From Schmidtea polychroa (lineage: Eukaryota), in assembly GCA_044892525.1 (NCBI GenBank), contig CM097885.1, positions 23,126,001-23,190,000 of the forward strand: a stretch of 64,000 nt of DNA, written 5' to 3'. Position 1 is the first letter of the stretch, and each line of letters starts with the position of its first letter. The notes beneath the pieces were generated by a model, which saw nothing but the letters and a program-made list of their open reading frames with translations, had not been told where the DNA came from and ran no database searches. Made by a program: the position numbers and the translations under genes. This document shows, in pieces, positions 13,819 through 24,961 of this stretch.

Positions 13819-15453
13819 AGTAGGTAGTTATGTGCACTCCAGATACGCCTTGTTTTTTAAATTTTTGTTTTAATTATCGATTACGTAATAATTTTAAAAT
13901 TTGTTTTAATTATCGATTGCGTAATAATTTGAACTTGTTTAAATTATCAATTATGTAATATTTTTAATTTTGTTTAAATTGTTGATTATATAATAATGTT
14001 ATGTAATTATCGATTATGTATTATTATTTTTTGTTTTAATTTTCGATTACATCATAACTTTATTTAAACCGTTGATTACGTCATAAATTTCAATTTAATA
14101 TAATTGTTGGGTTTTTGGTTAATTTAAGTCGGTTCCCTCTGACTCCTCGTGTCCTTTAAATCAAAACAATAACGACCCAACGTAGATTGAAATAGCAAAA
14201 TTCACAATCTTTCTCACAACTTTACAATTAATAATCAAAGTTACGTTTGACCGATTCTCCGCTCGGTGTTGATGCTTTGTAAATAGATAATATTCACCTT
14301 TTATCTCTTTAGATTCTCTTGGCCCACGTTTTCCTCTTTTCTGTTTGATTTGATTCGTTTTCACCTTTTCGTATTCCTATTCTATATCTTCTTTTCCCTA
14401 ATCTCCTTAATTCGTTTTACCTATTCCTAACTCGGTTTCTTCTAACCCTAGCTGAGGCAAAATGCCGATTTGCTCTGATTTTCCTTATCCTCATATACTC
14501 CTCGAAATCGGGATGACAAATGTTTATTGCCGAGCCAGACTTTCACTTGACATTTTCTTCCACGTATCTGCTTCGGCTGTCACCCATAATGGTCCAACGA
14601 ACCTAGATAATTAATGGCCCGTCCGGCCTTTCTACACGCACTATATTCTCCTCGCTCTCTTCCAATTAATCATTGTGTCAAGTTAATGGGCTCAAATCTT
14701 CCTTCTGTTTATTTTTTCTTCTTGTTTACCTCGCTCGGGTTTCTTTCATCTCTCGGGTTCTCCATTGGCTCGGGTTTCCCATTAGCTCGGGTTTTCTATT
14801 AGCCAATTAATTAATTAATTAATTAACGTTTTCTGTTTATACACATTTGAATGCTTTTCGACCTTTCCTAACCATTTTCTGATAAATCCCTAACCATCAT
14901 CTTGTTGACCAATAGCTAATCTGTCCCGTTTTCCCAATTCGATTTCGATGATTTTACAATTTATTGATTTTTCTCGGATTTCCGGATTCTTGCCTTTCAT
15001 AATTGCTTTTCGCATTTTCTAATACCGCTTCCATCACCCTTTCCTTTTACTATCGATTCTGTGCATGATCCCGCTTTTATTTGTCTTTTTTCTTCACTTA
15101 CTTTTTATTTAAATTATTAACCTAAATTTCATTTTAATTTATTTTAATTTACGGACCTCAACATAATAAATTTTTATGTCAATATCCTTGAAATTAAATT
15201 CTCTATAGAATTCTCTATTTGGGGTATGTGAGATTTATAAATAATAAATAAAAATATTATTACATAATCGTTAATTAAAACAAAAAATATATTATTGTAT
15301 AATCAACGATTTAAACAAAATTAAAAATATTATATAATTGATAATTAAAACAAATTTAAATTATTACTTTGTCGATAATTAAAACAAAAATTTTAATTTA
15401 AAAAAAAAGTAGGGGGGGGGTATGTGGATCTGGAGTGAACATAACTACCTACT
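13819..15453. mobile_element. Foldback/MITE-like element with long inverted termini containing AT-rich tandem subrepeats
   Basis: AGTAGGTAGTTATGTGCACTCCAGAT at 13819 is inverted at 15428-15453. ~30-bp TTTTGTTTTAATTATCGATTA units occur at ~13865-14090 and inverted at ~15240-15400. No TSD found. Confidence 0.6.
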
Positions 15454-15582
15454 TATTTTGTCTTTTAAAAAAATATATAATTGACAGAAATTAAAAGTCT
15501 GATCGAGAAAATAAAAAATTTAGTTTGATAAATAAGGTATATTTCATTAATTCAAATATATACTGTTCAATTTCATCTTACA

Positions 15583-15761
15583 ATGAGTAAGGAATCATCT
15601 GAATAGAAACATTTTACGAAAATAACTGAGACTGAAACCTTCAAATGCAAAGTTTGTGCAAAATTGATTCAGTGCAAGAGATCTTCAAAGAATGGTTTGA
15701 TGATATATTTGTGTACTCAGCTTAATATGAAATTAAAATTTCAGCCTGAAGACTAATCAAG
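15583..15761 (+). pseudogene. BED zinc-finger-like remnant (probable hAT transposase N-terminus) that is the insertion site of the giant element
   Basis: MSKESSE*KHFTKITETETFKCKVCAKLIQCKRSSKNGL resembles the BED pattern W.HF...CKxC; it is degraded. Confidence 0.4.
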
Positions 15762-18700
15762 TGTTGGCGTATGTGGGGAAAAGAAAATATACATGCATAT
15801 CATACACATCAAGCATCATGATTCCGCTCAGGCCATTCCCGCACACACTCCAGATGATCATTCACAAATTCCCACGTATGAGCCCGTGGTGATGTTCCAC
15901 GTTGGTGCTGCTCACACGGGTTGGAAAAAGTCAGCAGGTGAGCCCCTGTCTTAGGACTACTCCTAACCCTTTCTCGGTTCGGGTTCCATGGCGCCCTAGA
16001 AGGTCTTACCCGGTTCTTCGCACAAAAATTCAGTCCGACCCTGGTCCAAGGGGACGACATTTAAGCCTCTACTACGCTTTCAGGATCCTGCTCTTCCGCA
16101 ATTCAACCATAGCAATGCATACATTCAATTAGCACAATCAAAGAAAATAGAACAGTTGTATTATATCGGAACATTAAGATACATCCATCATTATGTAAAT
16201 AAATATAAAACAGTAAAGATTAGGCACAAGATAACGTCAATTTTTCAAGTTTATTCGTAATAGCAGAGAATCGAGACCCGAGAAGAAATTTACTACGAGA
16301 ATGCTTCTCCTTCTGCAAGCATCTCGTCGATGTCAACCGGCAATCGTTGGTTGGAAAGGTACTTAATGCCTTCTGCCGGAACGATGCGAAAGATTTCCTT
16401 TGTGGGAATTGAGTGACTAGACGATATCTCTTTTATGGTGGATTTGGCTGCAGATAGTGACGCTTCGAGTGCAGCCATTGCATCTCGGCGTTTCTGATTT
16501 TTCTCGGCTCGGGTTGGCCGTTTTCGTTTGCGAGATGGCGGAGGGTTGTCCGTGTTCGAGGTGACGACGGGAGCCACTAGGATTGGAGCTAAGATGGGAT
16601 CAGTAGGTCCACCCACCAAAGGTTGATAACCAGATAATGTTGGAGCCGGGACGGGTGGTAGATATGAACCATGTCCTTGGCAGTTTGTGGTGGTCGATTG
16701 AGATACCTGATGATGAAGTGGGAAGACGTTGGTATTCTCCAAGACGGGGAATTCCCGTACCCGCTTGGCCAGTTCCGCCTCCGTATAAACCTTGTGGAGG
16801 CCTTCGGACTGGGCTTTAAAAGTCAATCGTTGATTTCGGCTCTCCTCTAGGAGGCTATCTCTGCGGTGTTCTAGTCGGAGAATCTTACTCGCTCCTCCTT
16901 AATTTGTGGCGGGGAGAACCACGTACCCTCATAGAGATCGATTCTCTTCTTCAATGCCCCGATGTATAGGTGAAGTTGTGCTATGTCGGCATTTTTATCC
17001 GCACACGAGAAGCACGGTCGAAGTTCCTTAGTGTTGCTGGAAGATGTCGTCATTCTAGAAAATCAATCAGTTTTATATCGAGCCAGGACATTTATTTTCG
17101 AATGACACAGTCGAGTTTAGAACATAAGCTGGCCATCTTATCTATCATCTCACCCAATGACAACCCACAGATCTCATCATCCGTTCTCATTCACTGGCAT
17201 TCCACTACAAACATTCAAATTCACTCATACAATCGTTTACGAAAAAGGGAACGGGAATTTGATTAAGAAACGCCTCTGATCTAGGTCCACTTCCTTATCA
17301 TATCGTTATTCTCTAGTTTTCTCATTACTGTCTCAGCTTTCTATCGATGTAATTATACCTAATGACTTTAAAACGAGACCAAAATCCCCGACAACTTATG
17401 GCCAATTATATGTTAAACTACGCTAGGGGAATTATAATAAGAAAATTTAGTTAGAAAACTGAATATTAAATTAAAATTTCCAGTGATTTAAATTATACGC
17501 GGAATTCGTCGTCATGGAGACATTTATTTAGTTGTACATTCTGATTGGATAGCTAGAGGTGTCAATCTTCCGATCGCAATTATAATTGTGCATTAGTTGT
17601 TATTTTTCGAGCAACTGTCTGTACTATTGGAAAAGATTATTGCTTGTCTAGTAAATTGGAGAAAAATCTAATTCCTCACCCTAGTCTGTTGAAAATTTAT
17701 TTCTGAAGAAAATCCATGTATTCACGTGATCATTACATCACCAGCATTTCCTACCAAGCAGTAGATTCATTTGTACACCGCATTACGTGAGAGTGACAGA
17801 AGTGTGTGTATGTACTATGACAGAATAGAACGGATTACATAATCGGCTTTCCGACAAGAAGCAGTAGACAAATTGCGAATCCGATTTATCAGCGCAAGCA
17901 ACCGACGATGTAGCAGAGTGCGGAGTAAGTTGACTTTGTTATCAAATTTCATTTCATGATGTTGACTCAGGATAATGATTATTAGCTGGTTCACTCGACT
18001 ATTCCTACTCACAGAGCGATATAGCATCAATTTAAGTTAGCATTATCAGATAACCCTGTTGGCTGACGGTAAACTGGCTATTGCAAATCAATTGAATACG
18101 GTTATCGTTGACGATAATTTCCCTCGACCTCATAGTAAGTATTCCTAAATTTTTATCGTACCGTGTTTACCTACCCGTCAAAGAGAGATTATTCCCTGCT
18201 GGTGTCTGTGGCTCAAGGACAGAAATTCGACATTCAAGAGTACATCGATGGTGGATGTAACTGCTAACAACCGGGTGACAGATTTAAAAGAAAAGAAAAT
18301 CGAATTCCGCAGAAGGTGAAGACATTATACAATATCTCTGACTGATTCGTGAAATGGTGATGGTAATGCCTCCGAAAAATGCTCTAACGACGACCTGACT
18401 GTCATGAGGATCCTCTTTGCCTGCGTGGATTACCATTAGTTCAATGTCAATATCAAATGTCTATCTCTGTCTAATTCTTGGCCATTTCTAAAATTCGTTG
18501 ACACAAATATTTTGGAATTTTCGCCATAAGAATGGAACTAATCGCAGAACGATCGCACTCGGTGGAAATAATTTTACTCCGCAAACGCATCTCAACTACT
18601 AAGTCTCTTCACCCCTCATGACACACCCAAGAAGGCATTCATTTCTGCCGCCATTCTTGCACCGCCATGAGGGACCAATCGACTCATTCAACTTCAACAT

Positions 18701-19885
18701 CTTTAGCATCATGTATGATTATAAAGCAATAAAATCATGAACAAATAAATAAATATAAAAATTCTTACCCGGCAACCATATCATCTGGCATCCAAGTATG
18801 ATGTCTCCTCCTTCTCAAGCTGCGTACTCAAACATCACTTTTATAACCATCTCATCAATTATGCTCATATTCTCCAAAGATCTAAAAAATCTTCGACATT
18901 GCCTAGATACATTCTACAAAATTTCCTCGTGACATATCTCTGCTGACCACATCATACTCGGATCTTCCAGAGGATACAGCTGCCGGCACCATGAAGAAAA
19001 GATAATTGTCATTTAAATAAAATTTATTCTATGAAATGAGTTTTGTTTTTCATTTTAACCATCAAATTAGCAAACATAAATAATTAATAAACCAAAATAA
19101 GTCACCATACCTAGAGCTTCGAAAAATTGGAACGAATTGAATTTAAAACTGATTTCGTAATAAACTGGTCACTAGTCGTTCGGTAACTTCCTGTAAATGT
19201 AAGTTCTGGAATCTCTGAAGTGATGCTTGTGAGTATGGTTCTGTGGAATATCTGTGATCGGTAATCTGTAATCTGTAATCGTGAAAAATCAAAGTGGGTT
19301 AACTTCTTCTTAAAAATTTTACCTGTAATCGTGAAAAATCAAAGTGGGTGTCTTCTAATTTTTCACGTTACATATATAGTATTTTTCGTCCAATCAGGAC
19401 GCAGCTTGTTTGTGATTTTCTATTTATTATTATTTTTTTATGTTTTTATTATAATGTATTGGGTTTTAATAACTTAACTTATTTCTTATTATTATTTTAT
19501 TTATTTTTCTTATTTTTCTCTTATTTTCTGTGGACTTATTGTTATTTGAATGTAATATAATTTTTTGTTTTAATTAAACTTAGAAATGGTTTTATTTTTT
19601 ATTTATTTCTTTAATTTTCCCGTTTATTTGTTTCACTTTTTTGTTCATTCTATTTTTATTTCATCCGCTGTGTGTCTTAAATCGTTTTATTTCTAAATCT
19701 TAGGGGTTTATTAGGTTTTATTTAATTAGGTTACTTATTCTTATTCTTTTGTTAGTATTTTACTGTTCCTTCCTATTTACTAATGAGATATGATGGTAAT
19801 TTATATATTTCTTATTTTCATTTATTTTTCGAGGTTTACCTTTCTATTCGTTCCAGTTTTCTCCGCTCTGAAATTTAGCCCAACA
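15762..19885 (-). repeat. 3' LTR of giant element (4,124 bp)
   Basis: Collinear with 33699-37822 at offset 17937; by eye ~7 substitutions and two 1-nt indels. Confidence 0.96.
16293..17053 (-). pseudogene. 3'-LTR copy of the LTR-encoded 253-aa ORF, split by a 1-nt deletion near 16889
   Basis: CTTACTCGC here versus CTTACTCCGC in the 5' LTR; this gives the two ORF-track pieces 16871-17053 and 16293-16826. The lesion may be real or a sequencing error. Confidence 0.85.
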
Positions 19886-20119
19886 AATCACTCCGGGGCC
19901 CGTTAAAATTGCGCCCCGCAATTCACATAATGTCATTCATTCGAATCATACCTTCGTTCGGTATAACAACTAATCTCACAATCAAATTTTACACAAACAT
20001 AAAATTAAAAATTAACTAGATAATACTTTAATTAAACAGATAAAAAGGACAAATATAAGCAAGCAGTGGTCACTTAAGGTGACCGGATATATATACACAA
20101 AGTTTATGAATAGTCGATG

Positions 20120-20770
20120 TCACATCATCTCAAGGTTCGAAATGTTATTACTGCCCTGGTTGCTTTTCGGGGATCTTTGGGAGTTCTGGATTGGATGGAT
20201 GGTCGAAGTTGTTGCTGTGGAGAGCTGGATTATAACGGGTATTTGATTAGGAGACCGATTTTGTTGTATTTGGTCGAGTGGGTCTGGTTGTTGGAAATGT
20301 ACTGCTCGTTTATGTATGTTTCGGAATCGCAGGTTCTTTCTTTTGGGTTTCTCGGATAGTGGCTGGTTTCTTTTCCATGTTCGATAGATATCATACGCTT
20401 TCCAGGTGACTAGCGCGCATATGATAATGGTTTCACTGATTGTAGCGTAGAATAAAACTTGGCTTTCTTTTGCTTCTTTCTTTACGATGATTTCCTTCAA
20501 AGATTGTTGATTGGTTGATTCTTGTAGGAGGGTTTCAAGTTGTTCGATTCTTTGGGTTTGCAGGTTGAGTTGCTTTTGGATCTTTTGCCAGACGGCTTTG
20601 TTCCAGCATTGTTTCGGGATATTATTGGAGGGCTTTCTTTCATTTTTCAGTTTGATTAATGGGCTTTGCTGTTTCTCGGGATTCTCCCAGGGTGTTGGGA
20701 TTGACTGCCACATGGATATGCCGTTTATCGCTATCATTATTATTGCCACCAGGGTTGCTCCGAACCTCAT
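20120..20770 (-). CDS. Cargo ORF: 216-aa predicted type-I membrane protein
   Basis: Hydrophobic N-terminus MRFGATLVAIIMIAINGISMW, short coiled coil, second hydrophobic segment VLFYATISETIIICALVTW, then a basic/Q-rich tail. Confidence 0.7.
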   Translation of the reverse strand: MRFGATLVAIIMIAINGISMWQSIPTPWENPEKQQSPLIKLKNERKPSNNIPKQCWNKAVWQKIQKQLNLQTQRIEQLETLLQESTNQQSLKEIIVKKEAKESQVLFYATISETIIICALVTWKAYDIYRTWKRNQPLSEKPKRKNLRFRNIHKRAVHFQQPDPLDQIQQNRSPNQIPVIIQLSTATTSTIHPIQNSQRSPKSNQGSNNISNLEMM

Positions 20771-20824
20771 ACTACTATACGAAAGTTTTATTTACAATTA
20801 TTTACATTGATTATTCATCTTTAA

Positions 20825-21526
20825 TTATTGTCGGGTTTTCTTTTTACGGGTTTTCTCGGATGTTCTCATCACTTTCGTTTCCGCTTTTATTACTCGTTTT
20901 CTTAATTCGGGTAGTACTTCTAATTGTTTGTCTCTTTCGTCTAACTGTTGCTTTAGGGTTATTATTTTTCCTTTTAGTGCTTTTATTTCTTGCGTTGCTC
21001 TTTCGAGGTTTTTATGGTTCATTATTTGTAGAAAATCATTTCCTCTTTCCTCGTCTCCTCCGTCGTCTATTTCTTGGTATTTGTTGTTCATTCGTCTCAT
21101 TATCTCACATTCTTTCTGTTTTTGGTATAGTTGTAGTTGTAGCTCTTTCAGACTTTCTTGGTGTTTTCGGGCCTCGGTTTTCCAATAATCGCTAATCACT
21201 TCATCTGCCTTTCTACTGGCTCTTTCCTGCCATAATTCTCCCGCAATCTTCTCCCAATTTCTTCCTCGTTTTCTCTGCTCGTGGAGCCATTCGTTTTCTT
21301 CCTCCACTTCTTTCTTTACTTCTTCTAACAAGGTATATTCTTTTTTCAATACTTTGATCATTTTTCGATTGTCTCTCCATCTTTCTACTAATCTTTCGTT
21401 TTCTTGTCTCTCCTCTTGTAATTCTTCCTTGATAGTTTTCTTCCTTTCCACCTCCTCAACTTCAATTTCTCCCTCTTCTAGCTCGATTATGGATGTTATG
21501 ATGGGTTGTCCATTTTCAATATTCAT
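20825..21526 (-). CDS. Cargo ORF: 233-aa E/K-rich coiled-coil protein of unknown function
   Basis: Open frame with heptad-like composition; AG acceptor 3 nt before the ATG. Confidence 0.7.
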   Translation of the reverse strand: MNIENGQPIITSIIELEEGEIEVEEVERKKTIKEELQEERQENERLVERWRDNRKMIKVLKKEYTLLEEVKKEVEEENEWLHEQRKRGRNWEKIAGELWQERASRKADEVISDYWKTEARKHQESLKELQLQLYQKQKECEIMRRMNNKYQEIDDGGDEERGNDFLQIMNHKNLERATQEIKALKGKIITLKQQLDERDKQLEVLPELRKRVIKAETKVMRTSEKTRKKKTRQ

Positions 21527-21716
21527 TTTCTATAATATATACATAATTAAAAATTGCGCTACAGTGCGGCTTATACTTATACATTTATATGTAATTTTAT
21601 ATAATCAGGGTTACAGTCCCGTCAATACTTTTATCGTACTATTAATTTTTTTGTTGGGATATAGGTCCCGATTTTTTTTTTTTTTTTTTTTATATTTTTA
21701 TCTCTTCCATTTATCT

Positions 21717-22738
21717 TCATACGAAGGTTTCTTCCTGGCCTACGTATCCTTCATCGCTTTCTACTGATGTTTGTAGTTGGAGTGCGATGGGATCGAATGG
21801 AATGTAGTACCGGGGAATCTGCGCTCTAAGTTCTTGGATTTCGTCTCTTAGCGCTCTTGACACGTTGAGTTCCTCGTCCAACAGGTATGTTAGATACCTG
21901 GTTTCGTCATCCCTTACTTCGATCTGTTTTTCTAATTCTTCCGCTTTTTCGCCGTTTTCCCATTTCTTGATTTCTTTTTCGAGGTTCTTGATGTTTTCAT
22001 CATACATCTTCCTCTCGTTTTCTAATTTCTTGTTCTTACCGGCTAGCACGATATTCCTTTGTTCTAGTGCCCCCTTATAGCCGTTATTGTCTCTTTCAAG
22101 GTCTGCCACCTTATTTACGAGCTCGACGATTCTACCTGACTGTTGCAGGGTCATCTCTTCCATGGCGGTATTCTCCTGTTCTTTCATAGACAGTTTCATG
22201 GCCAGATGCCTTTCAAATTCCATGGCCTTGGTCTGCCAGGTTTGACTACTTTCCTTCTTAGCTCTTCTCTCTGATCAAGATTTTCTTCCCATTTCCCTTG
22301 TTCACTTTCGTATTCCAATCTCTGCGGCAATTCTCTCATTTCTTTTTTAATTTCCCGATGTTGTCTTTTCCACTTTCTGGCTTCTGCTACTAATTGACGG
22401 GTCTTCCTTTCCTCCTTCTGTTTTTCTATTTCCCGCTTCTTATTCTCATCAGTTAGTCTTTTCCTTGACTCCTGTACCAGTTGCTTCAGGTAATGCCCGT
22501 GTGCCTCTTGCCTGGTACTTTCTAATGCTGACCATTTAGCGGCTCTTTTGCAGGCCTCGGCCTCCGCTCGTAAATTCTGCACTAACCACTGGAACTGGTG
22601 GTTTTCCCATTCTCTCGCTTCTTCGAGGTAATTTCGTGTTTGATTTGATAATTGCGCCATCACTTTGGCCCATCTTTCTCTGTGTATTCTACTGATTTTT
22701 ATTTCGTTGTTTGGGGCTTCCGTTTGATCTTGAGTCAT
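21717..22738 (-). CDS. Cargo coiled-coil ORF(s): 180 aa (22196-22738) and 168 aa (21717-22223), probably one ~340-aa protein with a 1-nt frameshift
   Basis: The two ORFs overlap, and the downstream frame is open upstream of its ATG (ERRAKKESSQTWQTKAMEFERH). Confidence 0.6.
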
Positions 22739-22958
22739 CTTTGTCTGAATAACGATATCATTAACTCAACGTCGTACACTTATATCTGTTCTATTATTTA
22801 TTTATTGTTACAATTCGTTATAGGGAGTTGTTTTAGGAGTTTTCCGCTTAAGTTTACCTTTAGTAGATTTGGGGAATTTTTCTACACTACTATATAATAT
22901 TTTACTGGATATATACACCGATATCTACAATTTAGTATATGCAAAATTATTCGTCTCA

Positions 22959-24347
22959 CTACTCTGTTCTACTTTTCCCATCTCGCCTCACTGTTATCTT
23001 TATGTATATGGTATCGTTTCTCGTCATATCTTCTACTTTTCGCTGCAAGATGAAATTCGGTGCTCCGGTTGCTGGTCCTTCTTCTTCCAATGGCCTTTGA
23101 TAACATACGAGGTTTCCCGCTGTATGGAAACTCTGTTCGTGTATACTTTGGTGGTTCATCATTGCGAGGTCTATTTTTGCTTTAAACGGCCATTCTATTA
23201 TTTCGTCGTACAACCCTTTGCATATCAAGAAGAATACTGAAAAATGTGTTCCGTATGCACTTCCATCCCCGTTGGGATATGCTTTCATTTTCATTTTATA
23301 CCCGTTTTTCCATGAATAGAATGCTGGACTTAGTAATGTTGTATCCTTTCCATTTTTGGCTCTCTGCATTTTCTCTTGTACTCCCGTTATTTTCCATATG
23401 TATGGAGCCGTTGGTATTAATTCGTTGAGGTTCATTTCGCTTACTTTTTGATATAGTTCTTTCACCATATTGTTGCTAGTTTCTACTAGATCTGTCTGTA
23501 TCTTTGTATTTGTTCTTGCCCCTACGAATGCTTCTTTCTCCTGTAGTAATTCCTTTACTAACGCTTTTAGCTAGATTTTTTCTCTTTCTAAGTTCTCGGT
23601 TTTCCTTTCGTTTTCTTGTAATACCGTTGAACACATTTCTGTGTGTGTTGCTACGTTCTCTGCTAAATGTTGGGGTAATTCTCCTCGGTGTAATTGTTTT
23701 TGACATCCCCATTTTCCTAATACACACGTTATCTTTTTCTTTCGACATTCTCTTAGATGTTGAGCGAGTTTTATTACTCCGGATTCATCGCATTCGTTAG
23801 GACATTCGCCTCTGAACTCTGTGCATACTTTTTCCTCTTGTACGTTATGGTGTTGACTAGTCAGTTTTCTTCGGGTATCGGTTTCTCCGCAGTATTCACA
23901 TTTTTCCAGCCTTTCTACGCATCGACTTTGATGTTCTTCCTCTTCCTTTGCTTTAATCTCTTCCTGGCAACGTTCGCATTGACTGATTTTATACTCACAC
24001 TTCTCTATATGTTGCCTCACTTCCCATATCACTCCTCGCCCATTGCACGGGGTGTTTTTACATCCTAAATTTGCATTTAACATATCTTTCACTGCCGCTT
24101 TGTCCTCGTTTGTATCTCCCAAACTGGTTATCATGGTTTCTTTACATACTGGGCACCATTGTGGTCCCTTCTTTATTATCTCCTCTATGCATCCCTTGCA
24201 CATCCTACATCCACATCTGGTTTGGTGAGGTTCTTTTAATAAGCTCTTGCATATTCCACACGTTACATGGTTGTGTATTCGAATTGTGGTGGATTTTCTG
24301 ACTTGTTCGACAATCTCTTTGAACTCTTCTCGTTGTCGCTTATCCAT
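22959..24347 (-). CDS. TRAF: Intronless TRAF-family protein (RING, TRAF zinc fingers, coiled coil, MATH/TRAF-C) with one in-frame TAG at 23571-23573
   Basis: RING CGICKSLLKEPHQTRCGHR-like (CGCRMCKGC..CPVC), repeated C-x-C/H-x-C fingers (HIEKCEY, HQSRCVERLEKCEYC, HLRECRKKKITCVLGKWGC), and MATH motifs YIWKI, SPAFYS...GYKM...YPNGDG...THFSVFF...G.YD..IEWPF. 23570-23469 is 34 open codons linking the two ORFs in frame. Confidence 0.92.
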
Positions 24348-24435
24348 TTCTATAATTATACATATACATATATTCGTTACTGGTACAGTTTCGTATTTTT
24401 ATTTACAGTTATTTACATTTTGTTTTAGGTTATAT

Positions 24436-24795
24436 TTATTGGCTGGAAGAGTCGGCCTCTTGTCCGCCCTCTTCCCTACTGGTTAACCATTCTGACCAGT
24501 CTTCTATCTCCTCTCGCTCCATCTCTTCGGCGATTCTCATTAACTCCTCTTCCTGTCCCTGGCTGTATCGCGATATTCGCTCTATTTCTCGCTGCATTTG
24601 CTCTATTTTTATTCGTTGATCTTCGATTATTCTTACATAACTGAATCCTTTATTTAGACTCTCGATTAGATTTCTTTGTACAGCCAGTCCTTGTTCTTGC
24701 AAATTTGAAATTACTTGAGCTAACATTGCACATTGTTGTTTCCACATCTCCTCGGTTGTTGTTTTGTGAGTTACTTCATGGTTTATTTGCTCCAT
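24436..24795 (-). CDS. Cargo ORF: 119-aa helical/coiled-coil protein of unknown function
   Basis: Open frame directly after pol, preceded by TTTAAG|A ATG. Confidence 0.55.
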   Translation of the reverse strand: MEQINHEVTHKTTTEEMWKQQCAMLAQVISNLQEQGLAVQRNLIESLNKGFSYVRIIEDQRIKIEQMQREIERISRYSQGQEEELMRIAEEMEREEIEDWSEWLTSREEGGQEADSSSQ

Positions 24796-24961
24796 TCTTA
24801 AATATATACACTTTTCAACCCTTATCTAATTTTAATTTTATGTTATTTATCCCGTCATTATATAATATTGATACCGCGCTCATATAAAAATATAGAGTAC
24901 TGTTATATAAATAAATATTACCGACTTACTTTTTACAATCTATATACAGTCATAATCCTTT

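Noticed and set aside
23476-23748. 90-aa basic ORF as the link between the TRAF halves
   Set aside because: It is an alternative frame; the true link is in-frame through a single TAG.
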